Assembly: GCA_016746295.1 (NCBI GenBank)
Contig: JAEAOA010001935.1
Location: 420,430 to 484,429 of the forward strand
DNA from: Potamilus streckersoni
Taxonomy: Eukaryota
DNA length: 64,000 nt
Direction of reading: 5' to 3'
In this document: in pieces, positions 13,577-27,210 of the stretch
Numbering within the stretch: position 1 is the first letter of the stretch
Layout of the letters: each line of letters starts with the position of its first letter
Made by a program: the position numbers and the translations under genes
The notes under the pieces: model-generated
What the model saw: the letters and a program-made list of their open reading frames with translations, nothing else
The model's database searches: none
Told to the model about the DNA's origin: nothing

Positions 13577-13830
13577 GGGGCCCTGAGTGGCCGAGCGCTG
13601 TCCGTTTCAGATCACTGCCATCTCACCTCTGTCTGCGTGGGTTCGAGTCTAGGATTGTGGGTTCGAGTCTAGGATTCAGTGAATGTGGATATGTGAGTAA
13701 GCATGCCAGTAGCTTCTCGTGGGTCGGTGGTTCTTTCCGGTGATTTTCCGGTTTCTTCCTCCACCATTAATACTGGCCGCCATGAATAGCCTATCGTGTG
13801 CTGAAAAATGGCGTCAAGCCCAACAACAAC
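13577..13830 (+). mobile_element. tRNA-derived SINE, family A copy. It has a tRNA-like head (GGGGCCCTGAGTGGCC...GGGTTCGAGTC) and an (AAC)n tail. An internal 19-bp duplication is present
   Basis: This roughly 250-bp unit recurs at 27807, 33967, 34217, 51181 (minus), 54191 (minus) and 63713 (minus). It contains a B-box-like GGTTCGAGTC and ends in CAACAACAAC. Confidence 0.75.
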
Positions 13831-14048
13831 TAGATATTGCAATAATAAAATTATGAAGTGTTGATACCACTGCTGTAGAATGATCAAGTAGCATGGAAGC
13901 TCAGTGAAAAAGGGTAAATCTAACACTAAAATGAGTTACAGCCCAGAAAAAAAAATAGTAAAACTGTTTCAGTATATGTCAGTCATTTTTATAAATATGC
14001 AATAAGATAGTATATAATATTTATACTTATATAACTGGCCATGAAGAC

Positions 14049-14051
14049 ATA

Positions 14052-14128
<77 letters not shown>
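14049..14128. repeat. (TA)n microsatellite, interrupted
   Basis: tatata run with an ACATATA interruption. Confidence 0.9.
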
Positions 14129-14131
<3 letters not shown>

Positions 14132-14385
14132 TGGTTTTTAACATAGACTTCTCTGAACACACTATTTTCATGGCTTTTACATATTTGATTGATTTCATAG
14201 ACAGTGGGGGAGCAAGTTTATCTGGAACCTGTACTGTCAATTCTTCAATTGCTGTATATTTAAGCTAAGCCTATACCCAGCCATGACATGGTGGGTATAA
14301 TCAATACAATGGAGCTATAATGAACAGCAGAGTTTATTGGGAATATTGATCTTTCTGTACTGATATAAAATGTATCCTCATTGAA

Positions 14386-14830
14386 GTGTATGCTGCATGT
14401 ATCATTTTTGTTGTTATGTATCATCCATGTATGAGTGAGAGGTATGCTGCATGTATCATTTTTGTTGTTATGTATCATCCATGTATGAGTGAGAGGTATG
14501 CTGCATGTATCATTTTTGTTGTTATGTATCATCCATGTATGAGTGAGAGGTATGCTGCATGTATCATTTTTGTTGTTATGTATCATCCATGTATGAGTGA
14601 GAGGTATGCTGCATGTATCATTTTTGTTGTCATGTATCATCCATGTATGAGTTAGAGGTATGCTGCATGTATCATTTTTGTTGTTATGTATCATCCATGT
14701 ATGAGTGAGAGGTATGCTGCATGTATCATTTTTGTTATGTATCATCCATGTATGAGTGAGAGGTATGCTGCATGTATCATTTTTGTTGTTATGTGTCATC
14801 CATGTATGAGTGAGAGGTATGCTCACATAC
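14386..14830. repeat. 57-bp minisatellite, about 8 copies (gtatgctgcatgtatcatttttgttgttatgtatcatccatgtatgagtgagag)
   Basis: The ORF-track proteins on both strands show a 19-aa periodicity (RYAACIIFVVMYHPCMSE), which is an artefact of the repeat. Confidence 0.9.
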
Positions 14831-15184
14831 TGATACCTTAATAGGGATGGTTCAACCCTTAGAGGGGGGTGGGGTACTAATGAAGTAAACACTTAAAATA
14901 TGGCTTGCAAATATTGCACATCATTTTTAGCAGACTGGGTAGACATTTCTTTGTGCAGGTTTTTAGTAATTAGTATGAATCTTGCAAGTAGTCACAAAAT
15001 ACTAAGGGAGAAATTATTTGAATTTGTAGTGAAGCGTCAATTTTTTTTCAAAAATGAATTGTGTGGTTTGTTTACTTACAATGATTAGATGTTTTCTTTA
15101 TTGATGATTTTGAGTTTATCATTAATAATTTTCATATGCAACATTTCTCTACTCCTCATACATTGAGTATTGCATATACCAGTC

Positions 15185-15530
15185 TTTGAGCCACCATGTT
15201 TCAGTGGTCATCATGCAGGACTAGCAACTGTAACAGTGCAGGTTTGAATCCTATCATAGATCAGCATGGTCAGGCTACAGTGGCATGTCCTAGGCCAAGG
15301 CATTAAATAATTGGACTGCATTGATGTGATGTTATAAACACACAGAAAACCCAAACCATTATATGCTTACATTTAAATTAGGAGCCACTGTAACTTATTT
15401 GGTAGAGCATCAAAATCCAAAAGGTCTTGGGTTTGATACTGGCTGTGTCAATGTGTTTTTGGGGAAGTGACCTAACTTCCATTTCCTGGGCAGTATAAAG
15501 CCAGTAATGTGTTGAAAGGGCAATTGAAAC
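15185..15530 (+). mobile_element. Two adjacent short tRNA-like SINE-type fragments (ggtagagcatc...ggtcttgggtttgatac)
   Basis: Only tRNA-like A-box and B-box motifs are visible. There is no second copy in the window to confirm repetitiveness. Confidence 0.3.
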
Positions 15531-16774
15531 TTAGAAATGAAAATGAACTGAATTATATATTCAAGCTGCATGTATATATAGCTATTCTCTTGGATTATAA
15601 ATTTTTAATAGTACTGAAAGATATATGATGATATATACAACATTGTATCAGGACCTTTTCAACAGTAAATTGTGATCCACAGCTTTGGTGTTTTGGTATT
15701 CATGTATTGTAAAAAAACAAATATACATATGTAAATCCTTTTATTATGTTGACCAGTCCACCTAGATGTTTCACTTTTATTTAAGGACACCTGTCGATAA
15801 TTCTGTTGAGAATGTCCAAGGACAAGTTTCACTATTTACAGGTGTACATAAGTAGGGAAGACTCTTCAAGGCATGGTTGTTTAGGAATTGATTTGCTTGA
15901 CTGGTGTCATGATGTTGTGGAATACCATTAAGCCAACCAGTGTACAATAATATAGCTGTGGTTGCATTCTATATATAGCTATGAATATGCTCTTGAGCAA
16001 TTGTCCCACGTTTTGCATCAGAACTTTATATGTTTGTGACTAATATGTTGCCAACACAGCAAAAATGGGTTCAATATAAGCTGTTTATTTGATGGCAAAA
16101 TTTGCAAATTGGTCTTGGGATTTGGATGCATGGTTAGCCTAGGTCTTTTCTATCCAGTGATCATGTAGAGAGGACTGGTTTAATTAGTGTGTATAGAATA
16201 TTACTAATCACAAAGGAAAAGGAGGGTCCTATAATAAGGTCAGCATATAGGTGAACATACACTATGTCCATACATGAATACCTTTACTTTACCTTGGTGA
16301 TAGTACTTAAAGATACCATGGAACATGTACATACCTGTACAAACCTACAACAGCTTTGTCATCACTAAAGTGTATATACTTTGTGGACTATTGTGATAGC
16401 AAATTTGCACTGAAGTTTTGACTGCAAGGTATGAAAGCATTTTCCAGTTTGTGCAAATTTGTTTGCAAAGTTTGGAAAATTTCTTGTGCTTGTTAATGTA
16501 AGCTTTTTTTAAGGTAAAGTTTGTGCAGACTGGTGCAGTTTGTGATCACATTGAGGGTTTTCACTGTTCACACTTGTTTGTGATTTTTGAAAATATACCC
16601 ATTTTCAAGGTAAGTATGAATTTGTTGGCTTAAGATTTTGGACTGTGTTTTGGGATCTCTTATTAATAATTTCAAGGCAAACAATACAAATTCTTAATTT
16701 GTTTGAATTGAAGATGCCCAGAAATGAAAGCATATGAAAAAGGCCAGAGAGTGAGGTATTGAGGATTCATTAAT

Positions 16775-17095
16775 TAACCAGTCAGATCAATGCCTGCATA
16801 ATTTACCAGTCTGATCAATGCCTGTATAATTTACCATTTAGATCAAAACCTGTGTAATTTACCAGTTTGATCTATGCTTGTATACTTTACTAGTTTACCA
16901 GTTTGATCAATGCCTGTACAATTTAGTTTGATCAATACGTGTATACTTTACCAGTTTGATCAATGCCTGTATACTTTACCAGTTTGATCTATGCATGTAT
17001 ACTTTACCAGTTTGATCTATGCTTGTATACTTGACCAGTTTGATCAATGCCTGTACAATTTAGTTTGATCAGTGCCTGTATACTTTACCAGTAAG
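16775..17095. repeat. Roughly 28-bp minisatellite, about 11 copies (ccagtttgatcaatgcctgtatacttta)
   Basis: Degenerate direct repeats with variable unit length. Confidence 0.85.
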
Positions 17096-17829
17096 CGATA
17101 AATGCCTACTTTACCAGTCAGATCGTTGACTGAAAATGTTATGGTTGCTTACTTTGTACTGATATGGCAATGCAATCTTTTCAGTATTTATATTGTAGTT
17201 TACTAAAGATTAGACATGTTTGTTTGTGTCAGTACACATATTAGTGAGGTTTCTCTGGCACAAATATAACAACCTATGGGATAATAGATTTAATACCAAA
17301 TTGACCCAAAATAAGTAGGGAAGATTCATTTTTTCCTAACCACAATAATATTAGTTTACAAAAGTTTGTTGCTAAGATGTTATTCTGCCACTAGAACTTA
17401 GTAGATCTATCTGACCAGTGGAAGAAAAAAATTATTTAAAAAAGTATAGTGTATAATACGCACAATTCAAAGGAAATTGTGAAAGTAATTACCGACAAGG
17501 AAGAAAAGAAATCTTGCAGATCTTTGTTTTGGCACGTCTTCCTCAGGTAGAATGTGACTACACTTTGACATGCAGGAAATGGTTTAATTTGGTTTCATAC
17601 AGCTAAATCGTCCAAACACTACAAAACCTTTTTCTAAAAAAAAACCCCTCAAAATAAATTTCTTTAATGATTTTGCTACATCAAGATTGATTTGTGATGT
17701 ACCTGTACTTAAAGTTTCTATGTTCAAAAAGATCAAAGTTACATGGTATAATGAACTTAAGTGCATTGATGATTTGTAGTTTTTAAGAAACTAATCCATT
17801 GTGTTTTTCCAGATATTTAAACCAAGAAA

Positions 17830-17972
17830 ATGACATCAGCAAAGAAAGGCAGTGATGAATCCTCCTTGTTCAGGATTCCCCCATACTTCTACCTCCATGT
17901 ATTGGACCAGAACAAGAATGTTACCCGGCTAGAGATTGGTCCACAGACCTTCATCCGGCAGGACAATGAAAG
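17830..17972 (+). CDS. MVP: Major vault protein, coding exon 1 ([48 protein letters not shown]). It ends in phase 2, and a GC donor (AG|GCATGT) follows
   Basis: The translation aligns to the MVP N-terminus (RIPPY.Y.HVLDQN.NV.R.E.GP.T.IRQDNER). An acceptor-like ttttccag sits just upstream of the ATG. Reading frame continues into exon 2 only if the exon ends at 17972. Confidence 0.75.
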
Positions 17973-18234
17973 GCATGTTTTGATTGGTTTTAACCTGATC
18001 AGTGATGATAGTCATATATCTATGATTATTAGATTATATTTGCTGAATTAAATCAATTTAAATGAATTATTTTTCACTACAAACTTTTCTTATCACACCA
18101 TCCAAATGTTTTAAGAAGTGGATAGTGGCCACTCAAGAAAAAGGCAAAACTAACAGTTGCACATAGTTGACAGCAGCATGAAAGCTAACCTTTTAAACTT
18201 GGGTTTTGAACAATTGCCATTGTACAAAATATGC

Positions 18235-18236
<2 letters not shown>

Positions 18237-18305
<69 letters not shown>
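18237..18305. repeat. (ATT)n microsatellite, about 23 units, in MVP intron 1
   Basis: A tattattatt run, which explains the poly-Y and poly-L ORF-track entries. Confidence 0.95.
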
Positions 18306-18306
<1 letters not shown>

Positions 18307-20011
18307 CACATTTTCAAAATTATTTTATGTGCAATGTACATGATAAATTTGTATATCTTGTTCTCTCCCAAATTTATATTCCATGCAAGATAACTCTGTC
18401 CTGTTCACTTTAATCCCTCTTATAAACGCAGTAATCACTGACTTAAAAATGTTCACTCATCATTGTTTAATCAGGCTATAATGAAAGGATTAGTCTGTTG
18501 CTTAACCCACAGACAGTATGCAACAGCAACTTTTGAATATTGAATGACCTTTAACCCTAATGAAAAGGGATGTAACTCATATCACTCTTCAAAGACAAAC
18601 TATTTCTTCGCGATAGCAATCCTTTGCAGGCAAATAAGATATCTAAATATGTCACCTTGGCACAAAAGGTGACCTCCACTTCTGTTGTGATAATATAACA
18701 ATGTTTCCCACAATCTATCAAAGGAATTGCTATACCCTAATGATAAAACTGATTTGTGTCCAAATTTGACGTATGAGTTAAATTGCCCCCATGACTGGAG
18801 TTATGAATACAAGTGAGATAAATGTTTTGCACATCATGTCACATGACATTCCTTTTATCTAGACATCTTCCACACGAAGCAAACTTTAAATATGCATAGA
18901 TTTGATAGTCAATTCAGATAAGCTCTAGTGACCTCTTAAGGCAGGGAGAAATCATTGTTTGGTTAGGAAAACTTGGGCTGCTGTTGGAAAGGCATGTGAT
19001 CATTGTATACAGGATATTTATATAGGAAATCTATCAGGGGGAGAGAGGTCTGATAAAAATGGCCATTATGAAAAGATGACCCTGGCAAAAAGGTGACCAT
19101 TAGGACCACTTTGACTGTACATCTCAATGTAAAGTATTTTGTGGGAATTACAGACTTGGTACATAGGTTGTCCATGTGGTCATCATCTGCAAAAGAGGTG
19201 TAACTGCTGGGGCCCTCCCATAACATGCTTTGAAGCAGGCCAGTATTTGTTTGGTACAGATCTTGTAAATGCATTTGTAGGAAAATGATACATATGTAAA
19301 AGTTCTGAAATTTTTTTACTTGCTTTTACAGGAAACACTTAGACTAGCTTGAATTTTGCTATCTGAATGATGCATATTTTCTATTAGACATCATTTATAA
19401 AAATGTATGTCCTTTAAATTTGTCAAAAAATGTAGAATTTTTAGAACTTTTGCTCAAAAACCACTCAACAGAATTTGACCAAATTTGACAGTATTCTTTT
19501 CTGAAAGCATTTCAAATTGACACAAAATTAAGCCAATCCCCCATCAGAAATGGTTCAAAATATATAATATGGTTTAAAAATATGGAAATAAAACTGCAAA
19601 ATTCGACCAATTTTAACATGAAAATCTTTCCTTAATTGCTGATGTGTCAACATACAGCTAGCTCAAGATACAAAATATAGAGAAACCTTGTGACATTTGT
19701 TTCATAATATGTAGTCAAAAGCATACCAGCAGCACAGTAAGAAATTTTTTGGTGAGTGGCTCTTAAATTTGTCTATTAATCATCCAGATGAGCAACATCA
19801 GACCCACTTGTTTAATATGATGTTTTGTTTTTTATTCATCATTCTCTTGTGCATTTAATTTATATCCATATAGCTGAAAGGAAGATACAATTGAATGTAT
19901 AGTTTCTGTATGTTTTTCAAGTTTTTATCTTTATCTTAAGTGACATAATTTTTAAATTAGTGACTGCAAAAATAGTGCAATATTGTTTCTACTCAATTTC
20001 TTCCACACTAG

Positions 20012-20207
20012 GGTGGTATTTGGGCCGGAGAAGATGATTACAGTACCGCCAAGGCACTACTGTATCATCGAGAATCCAATCATGCGAGACAAGGATGGCG
20101 TTGTGGTCATTGACAGTGCAGGTCAGGTCAAGCTTCTCCATGCTGACCAGGAAATCAGACTTGCTCAGGATCCATTTCCCCTCTACCCAGGGGAAGTCCT
20201 TAAACAG
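20012..20207 (+). CDS. MVP: MVP coding exon 2 ([65 protein letters not shown])
   Basis: The acceptor is cacactag|G and the donor is CAG|gtaaat. The exon shows strong MVP repeat-domain similarity ([25 protein letters not shown]). Confidence 0.85.
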
Positions 20208-21171
20208 GTAAATGAGACATCATCTCCCTCCATTTGCCAACCCTGAACCAAAAAAATCAAACTGTCCTAGCTTGGAGACGTTGATGAAAAACCATTTGAT
20301 ACAAGAAGTTCAAATGAAGAGAAAGCAGGGGTCACATGTTAACTTAGCAGCTAATTTTCAACCTTTGACCCCCATATTCACTGGCCAATGTTAACCCTAT
20401 CTATGCCATGGTGGACTGAGCAGATATTTATGTGCATTGGGTTTGTGAATTTCACTGGATGCAGTGGCAACTCCCACAGCAAATCAAATTAAGTCGTTCA
20501 AATTGAACACTCTTCCTGCATGATCAAAGCAGGAGGATCACACAACTTGAATGAACTCATAAATAAGTAATTTTCCAAGACCTGTTTGTATAAACACACC
20601 TGTAATGACTTCTTTCTGGTACACAGTTACACTTTCAATATCATATTAAAGTCAAATGCCTTTACCATTTTTGGTGCACCACTATTGCTTAGTTGGCATT
20701 ACATACTGAGTGAGGCAACTCATGAATTCCAATATATGTCTCTAGGACGAGGCACTAAATATGTCTCAAGGTGTAGATAGAATCGGAAGCTTGGCTAGTG
20801 AAGATGCTGTGACCCTTTGATATCCATTTTCCAACTTATTTGACATTCTTGACACTTAGATCCCCTACTTCCAACTGATTTCTTTCTCCATGACCCCAAG
20901 ACAATTTACCAACTCTGGACCCTAACTCTTGATCAGTGGGGTTGAATTTATGGTTAGGGATGAAACATTACAACTTATATGTTGAATTCATGATACATAA
21001 TATGAGATACATGCCAACCTGATGGTCATCCTCTTTAGATCTATCAATGGTAGGTGGTGCCCATTTATGTATGTTGACATACTGGTTGTTATTTCCAGTA
21101 AGCAGATTAGAGAGAGAGAGACATGGACGTGGCATCTATTTATATGATGAGATAACAAAAATTGTTTCGAA

Positions 21172-21500
21172 CCGCTCTGGTGGCCTAGTGGTTAGAGCAT
21201 CTGCCTTGTATGCGGGAGGTCATGGGTTCGATCCCCAATCAAATCGTACCAAAGACTTACAAAAATGGTACTAACCGCTTTCTCGCTTTGTGTTCAGCAT
21301 TAAGAGGTTAGTGTTAGGACTGGTTAGTCTGGTGTCAGTTTAATGTGACTGGGTGAAACATCATGCTACACATCTGCGGCATGATGCCCAAGTGCTTGAC
21401 TTTGCTATAAACTGCCACAATGCAGACATCGTGGCGATATGACTGACAAATCATTTAAGCTACGTTAAAAATCATAATCACATCACATCACAAAAATAGT
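21172..21500 (+). mobile_element. tRNA-derived SINE, family B (head GGTGGCCTAGTGGTTAGAGCATC...GGGTTCGATCCCC). It is about 320 bp with an A/C-rich tail
   Basis: The same roughly 320-bp body recurs at 37321 and 44425, and a shortened copy at 27489. It carries A-box and B-box-like motifs, but the anticodon arm does not fold into a tRNA. Confidence 0.7.
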
Positions 21501-23222
21501 TGCAAACAAATTACTTGTTAGTTATGTATGATTGTAATTGAGCCATTTATGCCATTTAAGGCAGTTCCATTTGATAAGATACAGGATTCATTTTGGCAAC
21601 TACACCTTGGTTTTACACTGCTTTTAAAGTCTTTTATATTAATTTTGTCTTGCTTAAACTTGGAAGACATTACTTTGTTACCAAACAGAAGAAATAATGC
21701 AATTCTCATGCAAGAAAAATCTCATCTTGTAGAAGTCCAGGTGTGGGAATAGGTATGAATACCAACAAAATCTATCACATTGTGCGTCCTGTTGAAGATG
21801 GAAATCAATTGACAATGCCCATTCATGTTCTATAAAAAAATGTATAGAAGGGAACAAACTCATGCAGTTTTGAAATCTGCCATCTTGCAGATTTCTGCAG
21901 AGTTTATTTTTCCTGTCAGCACATTCAGTCAATGATTAAATATCTCAACATAAAAAGAGACATTCCAGATTTCTTCCCCATCTGCAGTTTAAATGCTTAA
22001 TTAAATGAGACCTTTTGCATAAAGTTTGTTAGTTGCTTTGCCAGTATTTGCTGTTTGTCATGCAAGAAATAAGCTACATTAAGTTCTGATTAATGGTACA
22101 AACAATAACTACCACAGGGAATTCAGTGCAACAGATTTCACTGCCTGACTCACCATAAGTGTATAGATATCATATTTGACCCAAGTAGACAAGATATGAA
22201 TCAGCAAAGAAACTTTGCATAAAAGTGGTTATTAAATGATAAGTAGTTCATTATACATGGGTACATATTTGGAATGTCTTCTTTATGTTGAACATACTTT
22301 TGGGATAAGATAGCTAGCATGGAATCACTGAGAGGGTGGGTACAGATTATAAGCAATGTCACGGTGTTAATTTGTTGAAGGCTGAAGGTTAAAGAAATTT
22401 GCATGGGTGAAGTATCATTTTGCATTGATTCTCCATCTCTTGTATTTGTGTATTAGTATGACAAAAGTATTGATATATTGATGAATCTTTTCACTCCTGC
22501 TCAAAGACTCATTCTTCCTCTGAGTGAGGAAGACCTTCACAGGCAAGAATGATCAAATTTAGATTTTGAGGTAGTAAGGTAATAATCAAATTGTTGTTTT
22601 GCCCAGTAGAACCAGACTTATAATTTTTTAAATGGCTAGGTATTGACCAGGATTATGTCATATCATACATGTTTAGTTATTTAAAATGTTATGCTTCATG
22701 CCTCAGTGTATAATTTAAAAGTTTGATTAGTAAAAAGTGGCATTTTAATTTTATCATAATTGTAAAAATCATTCAGGAAAGAGAGACTGCATATTGTAAC
22801 TTGGCACTTGTACATTTTGGGAAGCATGCTCTAATAAAATAAACATTTAAAGTAAAAAGTAAAACGAAGTAAATATTTATTATAAGCTTTAGTTTTTATG
22901 CTATCACCTTGAGCAGTTTTATATGATGTATATACAATTCCTTAATTTTAATTGACTTTCATGTGTCTTCATTAACATACACCATTTACATTCCCTGTTT
23001 ATCAGGAAGCTTCATATGTTTATTACCATTGCCATCTTATTGTTTTATTTTCAACTGTTTGTTTTCATATCGCTGGTTGATATAAAACCTATTACCCCTT
23101 TTAAATGATCAAAGATATAACCATTTGTGTGGCACTAAATAGCCTAATTGTGCTGGTGTACCATAAAAATACAATCAACCAACCAACCAACCTTTAATAA
23201 AATCAGCATTAACACTTTTCAG

Positions 23223-23346
23223 GTTGTTACCCCACTGAAAGTTGTTGCCCCTAACTCGGCCCTTCGTTTACGTGCTATTCTAGACTTTGAGGATGAGACT
23301 GGTGAGAAGAGAACAGCTGGAGATGAGTGGCTGTTTGAGGGACCAG
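23223..23346 (+). CDS. MVP: MVP coding exon 3 ([42 protein letters not shown])
   Basis: The acceptor is cttttcag|GTT and the donor is CCAG|gtaaat (phase 1). The motif [11 protein letters not shown] is conserved in MVP. Confidence 0.85.
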
Positions 23347-23939
23347 GTAAATTTTGTTCCGTCTTATCTACAGCTGTGTTCTTACTTTGTTGTCCAGCTT
23401 GGCCATTATGTGGATAGAGTGTTTGAGGCAGAATAAGATGACTGTTGAGATAGGAAACAGTTAAAAGATTAAAAATAAGATCAAATTGTGCAAAGTAGAG
23501 AGTTCAGGTGCAGAAAACAACTGGCTAACTTGGAAATCAGGTTGCCTAACATCTTGTTCCCCAAATCTCCATAGTTCCAGTTACACTGTACTTCATCCTT
23601 GTTTTGCATGTCACACAAAGATTTGAAACTTATTAAATGAACAGACATTTGGTTTAGACTGCAAGGAATAGTATCAAAATTTTATCTTACATGAATAAAA
23701 ATATATCTTAGTTTATTTATATTTTGTTTTTTGTGTGATTGGAACATTATTGATGTCCAAAAAGCAGATTAAAAATTATTAGGTATATATTATATCAAAT
23801 TTTTTTAGGCATGTAACATTTCATGGAAAGAAAACAAACATTTATTGAGAGTGTTTACCAATTATTTTGAAAGTAATAACTTAAAACATGAACTTTAGTG
23901 TGAAATAGGCCTTGTTCAAAGAAATAAATTTATAATGGA

Positions 23940-24268
23940 ACATACATACATACATGCATGCATGCATGCATGCATGCATGCATGCATGCATGCATGCATG
24001 CATGCATGCATGCATGCATGCATACATACATACATACATACATACATACATACATACATACATACATACATACATACATACATACATACATACATACATA
24101 CATACATACATACATACATACATACATACATACATACATACATACATACATACATACATACATACATACATACATACATACATACATACATACATACATA
24201 CATACATACATACATACATACATACATACATACATACATACATACATACATACATACATACATACATT
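23940..24268. repeat. Compound (GCAT)n about 17 units, then (ACAT)n about 60 units, in MVP intron 3
   Basis: The whole tract alternates purine and pyrimidine over about 330 bp. Confidence 0.95.
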
Positions 24269-24902
24269 GCTAATTATTTATAAAATGTATAGCCATACTA
24301 ATGAGATTATGCCTATATAACACAAGGTAAAATATTTGGCTGAGCTTCATACAAGTCTTATAATCTATCACTGCTTAAAAAACAAACTTTTAATGTAAAC
24401 ATAGTCAAACACTTACCATGGGTTATCAGTGCACTCCATTAATGTGAATGAAGTGGATTTACAACTTTAGTTTGAAGAAACTGAATTAAGTGATTTGTTA
24501 CTTTTAGCACCAATTCATCTAGGTCACAACACTGGTATAATGTAAATTCCACATGGAAACATATTTGTTTTGATTAATATGTCTTCCCAAAGTCATTTTG
24601 TCTTTTTAATCTTGCTGAATTGCACTCAAAGCATCATGTCTGCCTGGTCATGAGATGGTACTTGTTTACATTTTAAACTTTATCACTGCTCCACCTAAAC
24701 TACTTGGAAGATAAACTTGAAACTTAACATGCATTAATTCCATGGTCTAGCTGGTCCTTAATGGCCAAAAAACAAAACGGTTCTCTGACATCCAGTATGG
24801 CATCAACTCTGGGCATTTTTAAAATCCTGAATGGATGTCACACATCAGCATATGGTTTTCTATGAAAAGAAAATGCCTTTTGATAACTATAGTTGGTTCC
24901 AA

Positions 24903-25090
24903 ATGAAATTGCTACCAGTATGACTTCCAATATGGCCACCAGTTTGACTTCCAATATTGCTACCAATATGACTTCCAATATGGCCACCAGTATGACTTCC
25001 AATATGGCCACCAGTATGACTTCCAATATGGCCACCAGTATGACTTCCAATATAGCCACCAGTATGACTTCCAATATGGCCACCACAATG
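24903..25090. repeat. 24-bp minisatellite, about 8 copies (ccagtatgacttccaatatggcca)
   Basis: The ORF-track peptides show an 8-aa periodicity (MATSMTSN). Confidence 0.9.
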
Positions 25091-25536
25091 GCTTTGTTGA
25101 AAATTTTTGGCTACTTTTTCTAGATGACTAGTCATTTAAATATTTTTCTTTCACAAAAAGATGTCTTGTTGATACTCAATAGAAATGGTACCAGTCTTTA
25201 GTAAAACTCTTTAAATGAAGTAATTTCAGCAAAATACAATTCATGTCTTAACTTGGAGTCTGTGATGATAGCATAATGCTCTGATCATTTATGCTAATAG
25301 AAAATAAATGGGTAACATTTATACATTGTATTTTGATGAGGAAATAAGATATCTTCTTATTACATGACAGTTTTATTCACTGATAAAGAAATATTTATCC
25401 TATATTATCTAAATTTACATCAAAATTGCATCTTCTCTGATGACTCTGTCTGAATACAGTTTGAGCATAAGTAGACTATACTTCTTAAAATACCACTTTT
25501 ACTTTCCTGTTAGCTATTTTTAGCAAATCATCAACT

Positions 25537-25627
25537 TTCATTATAATATAATATAATATAATATAATATAATATAATATAATATAATATAATATAATATA
25601 ATATAATATAATATAATATAATATAAT
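25537..25627. repeat. (ATAAT)n microsatellite, about 18 units
   Basis: ataatataatataat run. Confidence 0.95.
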
Positions 25628-26983
25628 ATTTAATATACCACTATACATAAGTCGATTCCTTAGTTTATAAAGATATTGTGATCTCTATTCAAATTTTACT
25701 TTTTACAGTGATTACTCAGTCATTTTTTCTTTAAAAAATTCTGCAAAAACACAGTTCTCTTACTGTTTTGAAGATACTTGAAAATTTATTTCATTTTATG
25801 AGGCGGCTGTAATAATAAATTAACACATTTTCCACAGAGGAATATAAGTTTTCACCAATAACTTAATGAGATAGTTTTGATTTGTGTTGATATGTATTAT
25901 AAATCAAACTGATGAACGGGGTCAGAGGACTTTGAAAGAGAGGTAATCTGGAAATGTAAAGGCTCAATATTAAAATTTGCCGTATTTAAAAGAAAGCTTT
26001 CTGAGTGACATTGACTGCACTCACATAACATTGGTAGTGTTTGTCTTCCTTTATAGGACATGCCTGGAAAATTATTACATAAAGAGTTGCATGCTGAATG
26101 CTTGCCATAGGAAAGGGAAATAATTCACTTTCTCATAGACTTCCGTTTTCACTACCTTTTAGGTCAAATGGGTCCCAGTCAGTGTTAATGGAATGCCAAG
26201 TTACAAATTTGATTAATAATCAGTGGAAGATGTTTATATGTCCAATTGTTATCAATTGTTATCATATCTTCTGTGTCAGGGAGAGGTCCATCCATAATAA
26301 AAACAGGCAAACATTTGAGAAAATGGATGAAAATTGTGGAAAAATCAGAAGAAGAAAAAATGTATCATAAATGATTTGCCAGAATACAGAAAAGATAGAT
26401 GTATCCAGAATAAAATGAAGAAAAATATTGACATTTTTAGACAAATGTTTAGCATTAAAAAAAATTAGTTGGCCTTCTTCTCTAACCATAATAACTGTAG
26501 TCATCTAGACCTATTTTGAAAGTTGAGAATTGTTAATTTTGCCTTAGGATAAAATTGTAGTAATGTTTGATATTTTGACTGCAATCAATAAATTTCCATT
26601 GCTAATGAAACAAGCACACAAATTTGTGATGTTCTGTTTAAATATTTAAACTTATGGTCTAGTTTATTTATGAAAAAAATGAAAATTGGTACCACACAGA
26701 TTTTTTTATGCTGCTTTGATTGCTCTGTATGTGCCTCTATTCCTGTGAGATCTCCATTTCCATCCTGTAGGACTTGTGGTGGCCATGATAAAATGAAATT
26801 TTTTTATTGCACATAATTTAATGCTACTACTTAAAATAATTGTTGATATTTTCCAGTAATATCATCAGTCAATAGCGACCTCCATTTTAGTATATATTTA
26901 ATACACCACCATACATTGTCTGATTCTGTAGCTCAAACAGTAATTAGTTGCCTCTGACCTAATTTACCATTTCTTGTGTTTAG

Positions 26984-27210
26984 GCACATACATACCCAGA
27001 AAGGAAGTAGTTGTTGAGGAGACTATCCGGGCAACCATTATTGGCCCAAACCAGGCCATTCGTCTGCGTGCTCGTAAAGAATGTATGGACCGCAGTGGTG
27101 CTACCAGGGTTACCGGTGAAGAGTGGCTTGTCAAGAAGACTGGTGCCTACCTGCCAGGGGCCTATGAAGAAGTCGTGGATATGGTGAATGCATTTGTACT
27201 GACGGAGAAA
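26984..27210 (+). CDS. MVP: MVP coding exon 4 ([75 protein letters not shown])
   Basis: The acceptor is gtgtttag|GC, completing the Gly codon split from exon 3. The donor is AAA|gtaagt. The exon matches MVP ([12 protein letters not shown]...[20 protein letters not shown]). Confidence 0.85.

Noticed and set aside
13577-13660. tRNA-like sequences at the heads of family A and family B SINEs (GGGGCCCCGAGTGGCC..., GGTGGCCTAGTGGTTAGAGCATC...GGGTTCGATCCCC)
   Set aside because: They recur as the 5' ends of 250 to 320-bp dispersed elements with tails and TSDs. Their anticodon arms do not pair properly. They are SINE heads, not functional tRNA genes.
14260-14892. 210-aa minus-strand ORF and 89-aa plus-strand ORF with repeated CSIPLTHTWMIHNNKNDT / RYAACIIFVVMYHPCMSE
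   Set aside because: They coincide exactly with the 57-bp minisatellite. The 19-aa periodicity is the repeat unit.
17973-17988. Alternative canonical GT donor for MVP exon 1 at TTGATTG|gttttaac (after ...RHVLIG)
   Set aside because: It would end in phase 1, and no downstream acceptor restores the VVFGPE frame. The GC donor at 17973 keeps frame and matches the conserved MVP sequence exactly.
18157-18413. ORFs containing poly-Tyr and poly-Leu runs
   Set aside because: (ATT)n microsatellite artefact inside MVP intron 1.
23881-24320. Six overlapping ORFs of 109 to 128 aa on both strands (MYVCMYVC..., MHACMHAC..., YIHTYIHT...)
   Set aside because: These are pure translations of the (GCAT)n/(ACAT)n microsatellite. 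They show repeat periodicity and contain no real coding information.
24838-25135. Three ORFs with 8 to 10-aa periodic peptides (VAILEVIL, GGHIGSHT, MATSMTSN)
   Set aside because: Translations of the 24-bp minisatellite.
26974-26983. ORF-track Met starts at 26974 (TTG) and 42986 (GTG) inside MVP exons
   Set aside because: These are alternative-start artefacts of the ORF caller. The true exon boundaries are set by the AG acceptors at 26982 to 26983 and 42957 to 42958.
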